Assembly: GCF_016432865.1 (NCBI RefSeq)
Contig: NC_067402.1
Span: forward strand, 20,460,001 to 20,524,000
Direction: 5' to 3'
Length of the DNA: 64,000 nt
DNA from: Antechinus flavipes
Lineage: Eukaryota
The notes under the pieces were generated by a model, which did not search any database, was not told where the DNA came from, and saw only the letters and a list, made by a program, of their open reading frames with translations. The position numbers and the translations under genes are program-made. This document shows positions 24,101 to 35,280 of the stretch, in pieces (the first letter of the stretch is position 1; every line of letters starts with the position of its first letter).

Positions 24101-27100
24101 AGGATTAGGTGGCGTCCCAGCCCGGTGGGGGCTGGGCTCTGGGTGCAGCGTTCAGACCCCTCTTAGGCCATTGTCATTGGGACTTTGGAGGGTCCCCAGC
24201 CTATGGGGGAAACAGCTTCCGGCTATGTCCTGGGAGCTTTCCTCCTGTCTGGGCAACGGCAACTTCCCTCCCTTCTGCCCTTTGAAATAGACAAAAAGAC
24301 CCGGATTGGTTGGAATTCTGGCTTTGCCATTTACTACCTGGGGCGTGTCACTCCTGATCTGTTTCTTCCATCTGTAAAATGGGAGAGTTGACCTCCATTG
24401 CCTCGATATCTGGGCCAACCCTCCTGCCATGCTCCTGGCTGATTGCCGGCAGACTCCCCCAGTGAGGGAGGATGTCGCAGAAGGCCGGGCCCACCCTTTG
24501 TTCCATTCCCCCTCTCTCCAGTTGATTCCCAGCCGTGGGGGTAGCCACTAAGAGTCCATTTGGAATTTGGTGGTGAGTGCGGGAGTTGTGACCAAATCCG
24601 AGAGAGTCTGAGGGTTCTTTGGGGGCTTAATTCCCCCAAGATTCCTTCAACAAAGAGCTCTTTTGCAGACGGCTCAAGGGAGGCCGGACTGACCAGTAAT
24701 CCGGGGGGGAGGGGATGCTCAGGATTGGTCCCCTTCCTTCAGGGGGCACCAAGGGCTGACCCCGTTCCCATAAAGGGTCCGCATCCCGCCCAGCGGATCT
24801 AGGCTTTGGCGGTTTGCTTTCTTCCCGCTCGTTTCCCATAAAGGTGTTTGTCCCCGTTGGGAAGAGTCGTGCTCAGGTTGAGATCTGGCCCGCTCTCCTG
24901 TCGCAGGGGCAGCGGTGAATGCCGGGCGTTTGCCCAACGTGTCACAACAGTTCGGGATTTCATCATGTTCTTCTGGCGTCTTGACTCGGTTGTGCAACAA
25001 ATAGGAGCGAGTGCGGATGGTGGGGTCCCGGATCTGGGGAACGTCCCCGATGTGCCTGGAAACGGAGGGTGGCAAAGGCTGTAGCGGGTGGGGGGGGGGG
25101 GAGGCCGAGCCTGGAACCGGCCGGCCATCCCACAAGTAACAGGCCATTGTCCTTCCTGGATCTGTCCCCTTCTGCAACCTCAGCAAACACTTGGGAATGG
25201 ATGAAAAGGACCCACTAACACGCTAAACAACCCAACTGCCATGGAAACCAGAAGGGAAACAACACCAATGATAACAAGGAGGCGCCTCCCTGAAGCCAGG
25301 GTGGGTGGCAAGGGCTCCCAGCGTAAAATACTGTATACACTTCCAGCCCCAGCCGCTGGGATTCGTTTGGCAGAACTGCCTGCTCCCTTCCCCCAGCCCC
25401 CTTTTAAAAAATCTTCGTTGCCCAGAATGGCCTGTTAGATAGGGGAGAGTGAAAAATAAATGCGATGTATTTGAAAAAGAAATCACAAATATCCGCCCCA
25501 CTTGAGACTAATTTCCTGTCGAGATTTACATTGGAGATTTCTTGTATCCCCATTTAACGTAACAAAGTCAGTCTGCCCAGGAGGAAGAGGTAAAAATCGA
25601 GCCCCTCAGCTGGTGTTGGGGTTCTCCAAGGCGCATGCCCGGGGGTAATGGTGTTTATTTTTTAATCGATGCCTTTGAGGGGGGGCGTCCCATCCCCTTC
25701 ATTTCTGAGTGTCTCGCCCTTCCTTCCCCATGGATTCTCACCCTCTGGTAACAAAGGAACGAACAAAACAACCCCCGATGCTGAGAGTATCTGCCGGCTT
25801 CCCTGCCCCGCCAAGGGTTGGATTCTCAGCCCTTTTTTTCTAGGTCAGAGCTTGGTCATTATAATTATACAGTGTTACTGATTATTTTTCCCATTGAGTG
25901 ATTGAAATAACAATGAGGTGTCAGGGGCGGGCCCAAATCTAGGCCGCTTTATCTCAATTGCTTTTCTAATTTGAGCAGACGTGGGTCTATGAGACTGGGT
26001 GGCCACACTTAGGCCGTTTCCCAGAATTTCATGCTAGGTCCTGCTGCCCTTTAATCATGGGAAATCCGAAGAGCCAGATATTTCTCTGGCCGGGCTGAAC
26101 AAAATGGGAATACGTTAAGTAGGACCATGAAAAATTGGCCAAATAGTCAAAATTAGCTTGCTTTAATTAAAACAAACAAGTCCTAGAAAACTAAATCCCT
26201 AGTTAAGAATGGGGGTGGGGCCCCCGGGGCCTGGGGGGGAGGGGAGGGAAGGGGCGAGTGAACTTGGAGGAGCGGCCTTTTGTGTGGCTTCCCCCTCTAT
26301 CTCGCTGTCTCGGTGAGAATATTTAATTTCAGGCTAGAAGTTTTTTATTTTAAAAATAATATTTGTAAATGAGGTCTCAGGCTCAGTTTAGCTCAAACCA
26401 CTTCTGAAAGCTTAGCTGAATTTTCTGTGAGCTTTCTGGATCGCCACCTTTCCAATTTCATCTTTTTCTGGCTGGAAAAAAACGATGGGCTTTTCCAGCT
26501 CCTCAGGGTGAGCAGATCTGGACTAGCCTAGGATCCGATTTAAGAACCTTAATGAATCTAGGACCCACTCAGTTAATGCTAATCCCGGTTTAATTCTTTT
26601 GCTGGGAGTGGATGCGGGGAGGCCTTGTGGGCTTTGGGGCCTGGGGCACGGGAGGGCCCGAGGGGAGGATGCTTGTGTGCTCTCTCCGGCCGGGCTGGCT
26701 GGCTGTGTTTGCCTCCATTTATTAGAGCCCATTTCCTATCTGTTCACAATGGCGAGGAGCTTCAAAGGTCTATGGCCGCGGCGATCCAGAATGCGGAGGC
26801 TCCCTTTAATTGTTTGATAGGCGCTCATAAAAAAGCCCGATTCCCTGCAGATGTGCTCATTTCCATGAAGATTCGCGCGGGGGGGGGGTGGGGGGGTGGC
26901 GGTAGACTTGATATTTCTCTGTTTTTCGGGATGTCCCCAAAGTCTCGGCTCCTTTGGGAGCTTTGGAGACGTCCCGTTTCGGCCGATCCGAGTCCCCGCT
27001 GGAGCCTCTTGCTGGAGCCTCCGCTGGGGGTGGGGGTGGGGGTGGGCTGGGGCTTCGCCTTTAAAACCGTGACAGGTAGCATCTGCCCTTCTGGGAAACA

Positions 27101-30100
27101 CCCTTGAAATTGACGGAATCCGTCAGTTTCTGCGTCGCTTTCCCGGGGCCGCGGAGGAGAAAATCTTCATTGTTTGTTTTCCTGCCGAGGGCCGGGTGGC
27201 TGGCGGAGAGCCCTTCGAGCGGCTTGGGAGCGAATGGCCCCAGAACCTCCTCCTCCGGGGGACAAAGCCAGAAATCACTTGGGGATTACGAGCCCGCAGC
27301 CACTTGGGGAAGTGATGGCCTGTCTGGGGGGTGCTGGGGAATTTGGCGCCCGGGCACTGCCGGCCTTTCCCCCTTTCGGCGGGTTGCTGTCCACTGCGGC
27401 TTGTACTAACATCCCCTTCAAGGAAAAGTCCCGGTTTGGGTGTAAACGATCCCCGGACGGGGCCCTGGCTGCCAAGCCCGAGAGAGGGAGGCGCCCTGGG
27501 AGGTGAGTGCCCAGAGCCTTTGGGTTAAAGTTGAACTGGCATCGTGCCAGGGTTTGTTCAGGAGCCACTGGTTAAAGTTTCCCTGCATTTCCCCAATGCG
27601 AGAAATAGAGGGAGTGCTGGATGGGTTGGAAAGGAGGCTGCGAGGACTTTTCTGGCAGCGACCCTTCCTCCCCAAGCAAACCACCAGGGTTCCCGGTGGG
27701 GAAAATCCCATCCCTTCCTTGCCCCCCACCGCCCCCCTTTGTTATGAGGAAATAGCCTTGCAAACCGCCCCATATGCGAATTCCACAAACATTCAGAGAG
27801 TGAAGTTTAGATAAAGTTCCTAGAATTTGTAGCTCCACAGCCGGAAGGGCAGCTCAGCAACCGTCCCCCTCATTTCGCAGATATGGAAACTGAGCCCCAA
27901 GGAGCTGGTGACTCCCTCTCAGAGACACAGAAGCCAAAAGCGGTGCTGCCGCCCCCCCTTCCCCTCCGCCACTCTGTTTCACTTAGGGAATATGACACAA
28001 ATAACTAGAATATTAAAAAAAAAACGCAACCACACAAGTCAGAACATGAGAGGCTGGGAAGTGTTTCCCTCCGAGATTTCCGCCCACTCACACCGTGTAG
28101 GCCTTTGGATGTATAGAATTGTTTATTTGACATCTCTCGGGAGCCCTTTGAGGGACCCATTGTGATTTTCTTTGCTTCGATTCCCCAGCACAGTGCCAGG
28201 CACATTGGGGGGCTCTAATAAAGGCTGCTTTTTGTTGGGGATGATGGTGGTGAAGGTGCTGATGGGCTTGCTCAGGAAAGGCTCTTGTATGAAATAGGTG
28301 TATTTATTTGAATTGGGTTAAGGATGAATTACCATTGGGGTGGAGGCAGCCCAGGCAGTTAGTTAGGTGGGAAAAGGACTGGGGGAGTCGTTCCTTGGCA
28401 GGAGCCTCTGGCTTCCATTCCAATATAATGTAATCTTTTTGAAGGCGAGGATTGTCTTTGTATTTACCCACCAAGAAGACGGTAATGGGTTGATGCATGG
28501 AAGGGGGGGATAGGAGAGGAAGCTGGGAAGGTAGGGTCGTCCACATTGGAAATGACCTGAAATGCCGGGCAAAGAGCTTTTGTGTGAGAAAGAAGTGACC
28601 TGCGCAAATTCTGCTGAAAGAACGGTAGGAGGGAGCCTGGATTAGAGGGAGGAAAGAGAAGGAAGTTGAAATTATTGCACTCATTTTGTGTTTTAGAATG
28701 CTTTTGAGAAAATGCACTATCCTGTGAATATTGTAGACATTTTATGAAACTACCCGGGCATGATGAATTATGTGGTAGAACTTGTGTTTTTATTTTGTTT
28801 CTGGGGCCTAATGTGAGCTCTCTGAATGATTCCTCCTCCCCCTTCCCCTTGTCTGTGTCTCTGTTTTTCCCTCTCCCCTTATCCCCCCCCCCCCCCCATC
28901 TCTCTCTGTCTTCTCCCCTCCTCTCTTTATTATGTTGGCTCCTACTCTGTGGATGATCTGGTCTTTTCTCCCTTTTTAGATCCAGGCCCTTCATCCTCTT
29001 CTGTGTATTTGTGTGGCCATAAATTTATTTAGATTTAAAGGAAATGCTTTAGAATCACAAACACAATATTAAAACTCAAGGAAAAACACCATTATTTGGA
29101 GGGAACTACTATTTGTACAATCAGAACTTAGGGGCAAACCCAGAAAAGATGATTAAAGGCTGAAGTTTTCAATATCCCACCACTAGGAGCCCTTGGTCAC
29201 AACCGTCATTGCAAACACAATATGAAATGCATTGGAATTGGTGTTGATGACATTTCTCCAGATCCAGCTTTCCGATTATAAGAAAGCTCTAAAGATGCAA
29301 ATTGTTGCAATTCTGTCTTCTCCCCCCCCCCCCCCCCCCAAAAAAGGCTTCTCTCATATGGAGGCCAGAAGCCAGCATCTGGTCTCTGGGGGACAAGGGG
29401 ATTCCCTGGTTTCACACACTGAAAGCCCAAATCCCATTTAGGTGATCAGATCCAAATGAGTGACTTCTCTAGGAGAGATGGATGGCGTTGGCTAAGTGGA
29501 CAGTGCCTGGTGGGTCGGGACCTCCACTCCAGAAGCTTAACTAGCTGATGACATGCAAATCCCTTAAGCTCCCGAACCTCAGTTTCCCATCTGGAGGAAT
29601 GAGTGACAGTGGGAGTTTGGGGGAGGGCGCACATCTTCCAGGAGGGAGAAAGTGGGTATTAGGCCAAGGAAGGCCTACCCACCAGACTGACGGGGAAAGT
29701 TTTCCCCCTGGAGAGCACCTTTCCCCGGCAGGCTGCTGGGAAAGCCTGCCCGGACACCCCTTCTGCCGTAGTTTTTCACTCACTTTCTGCCTCCACTGGG
29801 AAGTCAGCACAGGAAGTCTCCATTGCAGCCTTCCCACCCCCACCCCATTCTCATCTCCACCCCGCCCCCACCCCCATCAGTGAAATGCTAAATCAATCAT
29901 GCAGACTTGTGGCAGCTTCCGTGCAAATATGAAATGCTTCCTGATCCTATCTAATGGAAATAAATCAGAGGCAGCGGGGTGTGCAGGACAGGGCCCGGGG
30001 GTGGAGTCTGGAGACCTGGGTTGGAATCTCACCCCAGATGCCTAAGTCCCCGATTACAAGAAGCTCTCTTGATCTCGGGGAGCCTCAGTTTCCCCAGCTG

Positions 30101-30599
30101 TAAAATGGAGCGGCGACTTCTGGTGTTTGTCGGACAAATGCTTTTGCAAAAGCCTAGGGCGATATCATCATGGGAGAAGTCGATGGTCATAAAAAGCCCC
30201 CGTGTTCCGAGTTGCCGAGGCTCTCTCTCGTTTCTCAGAATGTCAGTCCCGGGAGCCACCTGGACCATCCTCGAGCCTGCTGTGATGGGCCAGAAGCCGC
30301 TGCCGCTGGGCCTCCTTTTAATAATTTATTAATTCTCTTAAAACCAAACCACCACCACCAAGCTTTTAGTGAACAATAAAAGGCTCGCTGCCTTCCTTCT
30401 AGAGGACAAGCCGGTGGGGGAGGAGGAGGGGGGAGAGCATGTAATAAACTTAATTTATGTAATAACCATTCCCATTTATATAGCACATCCAGGAATAAAA
30501 AGACAAGCCACAAGAGAAGGTTAATTATTAAGAACGAGGCTGGCTGTGGTTTTGTCATCAGATGATCACTTTCCCACTCAGCGTTTCTCAGGGAAGAGT

Positions 30600-31760
30600 T
30601 CAGAAACGTTCCCAGCATCCCCGACTCGGCCGCTTTAAGGGTTTTTCCCCAACCCGTCCTCCCGTCGGAATCGCAGGGGTTAAACGCAGCCGTGTCGTGC
30701 GAGGGGCCGAAGCTGCGGCCGCTTGGCTGTTTTATTACTTTTGTGCTCGGTTAAAGTGGTCAAGGAAAGTAAGCAAGTTAAAATCTTGGGGCGTTTGCTT
30801 TGAAAGCACACGCAGCCCCGCCCCCTCTCCTCCCCCCTCCCCCCTCCCAGTGCTCTTTGCAAAGTCTCCTTTTCTGCATTAAAAGCATTCTTTCTGCCTA
30901 ACTCTGCCGGGTTTTCTTTCTGCTCCACTTCAAAGCCCCCCGTCTCTTTGTGGGCCGCGTTTTTTCTAACCCCATTTTGCATGGCCCTCTCAGCCCATTG
31001 AGGGGGAGCCGCCGGCGAGCCTGCGCTGCCGCTGGCGGGCGGGCTCCGCCTGGCCCTGGGCTCCGCGGCCGGAATTCATTCCTGGAGTGCCTTGTTAAAC
31101 ACCCCTGTGGTCATGAATGAAGCATCTCTCTGGAATGTTTATCTGTTTCTGCTCGGGCCCAGGCGCTGACCTTTAAACCCATTGTTGGCCTGACCCACCG
31201 GCCGGGGGGAGCATTGAAATCTCATCTTCCTGTATACTGTAACCGGCCCCTGGCCGTGGGGGGGGCGGCCCCGGAGCCTGCCGGCAGCGCGCTCCCCCCC
31301 TCCCGAATTCATAGAAAAGCTTTCCAATGAAGTGGATAAACGGGGTGGTCCGGCGGAGGATGGACACTGGGAAAACCCCTTCACCCCGGCGAATTAAAAG
31401 CATGAAAAGGGGGGGTCCCGAAAAAATGTCAAGCCCTCCCTCAACCGCCCCTCCTCCCGGTGCCTCCGTAATTAAAAACACCAGGCCAAAGAAATAGGGA
31501 AAGCCTTTGGCCCGCCCCCGCCCCCACCGCATTGACGTGAATCAGCACTGTGTTAATTTCGCGCTGTAATAAACAGTGTGAATTTCACGTGGGCCGGAAA
31601 GGCCCTTTTGGAACCTCGCAAAGAAAGCCGGGTTTGGGGCTGGGGGCGGGGGCTGGCGTTGGGGTTCCGATCGGAGGGCGCGGCCCCCCCTCCCCCCCAG
31701 CACTTGAAAGCCCGAATGTTCGTGTTGGCGCCTTTTTGTTCTGTTATGCAAATTCTCCCC
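30600..31760. promoter_or_regulatory. Intronic CpG-island-like region
   Basis: Dense CpG (e.g. gagccgccggcgagcctgcgctgccgctggcgggcgggctccgcc), no obvious repeats. Confidence 0.55.
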
Positions 31761-33231
31761 GCGCAGCTTTCTGCCTTTGTGGAGATGTTTTGCCTTATAT
31801 TCTTTAGGTTGGAGATAGAAGCTTGAACTGTGTGTGTGTGTTTTTGCTCATAAAGGGGCAAATCCTTATTTACAAGGAAATGAAGGATGTAATTCAACAC
31901 CTGAAGCATGTGACCTTCTCCCCTTCCCTCCCCCCACCCCCCAGAAACCAGCGCATTTTGATTTGCCCTCTCTCGCTGTGAGTGAAATGGGAGGGAAGGT
32001 TCAGTCACCAAATGTTTTCAAGGACAGTTCAATGTACGGGGTCCAGCTGCTCACAATAGACACAGTTAAATGTCCCAGCCGCCAGCCTTTTCAATGTGGA
32101 TACCTAATAGGTTCAGATGGAGAGAAGAGAGGAGAAGGATTATCTTACCGAGCAGGCTGGGAGGGCCTATTGGAAGGACTCCTCCCTGACCAGAAAGGGG
32201 GCAAAATCCCTTTCTGATGGACAGTGGCCCCCCCTCCCCCCCTTCCCCCCTTTCAAACACCATGAGGTCTCCGGACTAACCTAGAGAGGCCTTTGTTAGC
32301 TGGGGGGGAGTGGGGAGGCTGGGTGGGAGACCGGTGGCCACAGTAATTAACAGGAATCCCTCTCCCTGCCCCAGGAGGGGTGAATTGCTCCGGGCTTGGT
32401 GAGCTGGAGGACAGTGGCCTGACGGCCAGGAGTGGGGGCTGGGGAGTTGCCCCCTGCCTGGAATTTGTTGACCAGAGGCTTGCTGCTGGCCCTGCACTGC
32501 CACTGGGGAGAGCGGGGCTGCAGGGTCTTCTTTAATTTGAAAAGCACCATGGTGAGCATTCAGATGGGTGGCCGAGCTCCCGCTGGCCCCGGGCAGATCT
32601 CAGGGAATCTCTGGGGATCTAGATTTTCTCTGCTTCCTCCCCAACCGAAAGGGATCATTGTTGCTCAGGCCTGGGTGTTGGGAAGGATTTCCACTTGGCT
32701 TATAAAAGCCCCAAAGAAGGGGAAAATGAGCCTGTTCCTGTTCCTCCGGGCCCTGAAGTGAGGCTGGGACTAGAGATGATTTCCTGTCCTACTGGAGAGC
32801 TCTCCTGTGTGGGAGTTTGGAGAGATGCTGCGGATCTGGCGTAGGGGGGGAAACGAAGCATTGGGAAAAGCAGGGAAAGCCGGCAGTTCCTGACCTGGAG
32901 AGCTCCACTCATCCAGAGCCATGAACGCAACTGGGTGCAAGCATGCAGAAGAATTCCGGAGTTAATTGTTGACTTGGGCGGATTGGGTCCCAGAATCCTT
33001 TGTGTGTGTGTGTGTGTGATTGCTTGGCTTACTGGGCTGGAGTTCTCCCATCTTTATTTGGGGTTTGTTCTTTCTTGTCCCTAATCTTCTCAGGAAACAT
33101 TGTGAAAATGGGAGAGTCTGGGCAGCGCCAAGTTGTAAAAGGTGGAGATACCCAGGTTCCCTTTGGGAGCCCCCCCCCCTCACCCTGCTCGGGGGCCCCC
33201 GAGAGCCTGGAATTCCGCAGTGTCTACCAGC

Positions 33232-33452
33232 ACATTAAACCATCTCCTGAGATGTGCCCGAGGAAGCGGTTAATCTCCACTTCCTTCCCTCCAGCTTTTT
33301 ATGGGCATCTGTGAGCCTGTCCCTACCTTAGCCCCTAATGATCATAAATGACCCTCTCAGAGGGCAGGGGCCGGGGCCAGGCAGTTCTCTTCACACACTA
33401 ACACATGCAATTAGGTGCTTAATAAATGCTTTTTGATGATGACCGAGCCCAT
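33232..33452 (+). repeat. Left arm of long inverted repeat (partner 35061-35280)
   Basis: Manual alignment to the reverse complement of 35061-35280: 9 differences in ~221 nt. Confidence 0.95.
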
Positions 33453-35060
33453 AGCTCACTGTAGTTGGGGGGGGTCCCCTACCTAGAGCAAGAATGAGGG
33501 GGGTTATCCCTGGGATTAAGAGTCGGTGACTCACAGAGAGGAGGGAGGCAGTGATTCATCGCCCTTCAAACCCAGGAAATTGTCCTGTGGCTGAGGAGGG
33601 GGCGTGTGAGGTATTTCCCTCTGTTTTTCCTTTTTTCCCCCTTTTTGGGTTGATTTTCATGCCATTACTGATTCAGAAGGAGGCTGATGACTACCAGGGC
33701 CGGGCCTGGGCTGCTCTGTGGGAGGGAGGGAGAGAAGGGAGCCAGGGTGTGGCCAGGCCGGGAGCTGGGGAGTCTTGTTTGGCTTCTTGGATGCGGCCAT
33801 TGGAACCCCAGAAGGAGCAGAGAGACCGGAATCTCTTCTTTCCTCTTCTCCAAGGAGCATGGATTAGGGCAAGCTCACTTGCTGCAGTTGGAGTCAAAAG
33901 GCTGCAAATCCTGCCCCTAATTCTTCTCCTTCAAGACCATAACCAGTTTCCCCATCGGTAAAATGAATGGGGCAGAACTGGATGGCTGAAGTCCAGTTCC
34001 TGGCACACAGTAGGCACTTAATGCATGCTTGTTGGTTGATTCCAAGTGTATGATTCTATGGTCATTAGAGGGGGAACAGATCCAGAACTCGGGACTTGCT
34101 GGTGACACACGCTGGAGAATCGGGGCAGAGGACTCGCCCTGCCCTCCCTCACGAGACTCCAGTTCACTTGGGTGTCAGGGCATCCTTTGGACAAAGGACA
34201 GACGGCAAAAATGCTTTCCCAGCTTGCAGCTGCTAGTCTGTGGATATGTTCTGCTTGGGCCTAGAGTCGAGACTCATCTTCCCGAGTTCACACCGTTCCC
34301 TTCCTCTGTCGCATCTTCTCCTTTTAATGGCTTTTCCCTGGTTTGTCCCCGAACACGGTCCCTACCTCACTTGCTGCAGGGCTGGGCTCTTTGGACCAAC
34401 CCAACCAAGGACAAGGCTTCCTCTGAGGGGCCCCCAAACTCCCCCTGGGCCTTTTTGATAAGGACTCCAGTGGATTCTGGTCTAGAAAGGAGCCAGATTT
34501 TTGCCCTTAGGGTGACAAAGAGCTAAGGTTTATCGAGTGTTTTCCAGTGACATATTTGATCCTCACAACAACTCTGAGACACGTGCTGTGGGTATCTCTG
34601 TGCTAGATAGAAGGAAAGTGAGACTCGGAGGCGACCCCCTTGCCCAGAGTCCCACATCCCAGATCTCCCCGAAGCCAAGCCCGACACCATCCGCGAAGGA
34701 ACCACTGCCCTTCTGGGTAGAATTCGGCCCTAGTGGCCAGTGAGTTGGAGAGAGCCTGAGTCTAGAATCTAGAAGACGGAGTTCAGCGCCAGCCTGGGCA
34801 AGTCACTTAATCTCAGCCTGCCTTGCTTTCCTCAGCTGTCAAATGAAGCTAATAATAGTGCCACCTTCCTCTTAGAGGATCACAAAGAGAGGATATTTGT
34901 AAAGTGCTCAATAGCACCCAGCAGGGGCTTAATAAATAGGTGTTTATTATTATTATTATTATTCTTTCTCTTCTTTTTTCTCCCCTCTCTCCCTTCTTTG
35001 TGAGCAACTGACTCTTAAATCCAGAAATCACCCCCTCCTCCCTCTCCCCGTACAGAGGCC

Positions 35061-35280
35061 ATGGGCTCGGTCATCATCAAAAAGCATTTATTAAGCACCT
35101 AATTGCATGTGTTAGTGTGTGAAGAGAATTGCCTGGCCCCGGCCCCTGCCCTCTGAGAGGGTCATTTATGATCATTAGGGGCTAAGGTAGGGACAGGCTC
35201 GCAGATGCCCATAAAAACCCGGAGGGAAAGAAGGGGAGATTAACCGCTTCCTCGGCATATCTCAGGAGATGGTTTCATGT
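35061..35280 (-). repeat. Right arm of long inverted repeat (partner 33232-33452)
   Basis: See left arm. Confidence 0.95.

Noticed and set aside
24800-25200. CpG-rich segment considered as a possible retrocopy
   Set aside because: No frame resembles a protein I recognise; no poly(A) tail or target-site duplication.
29295-29302. Isolated perfect octamers (also ATTTGCAT near 15890, 20940, 42570 and 61130)
   Set aside because: About two per 64 kb are expected by chance, more in AT-rich repeats; several lie in L1 or L2 remnants.
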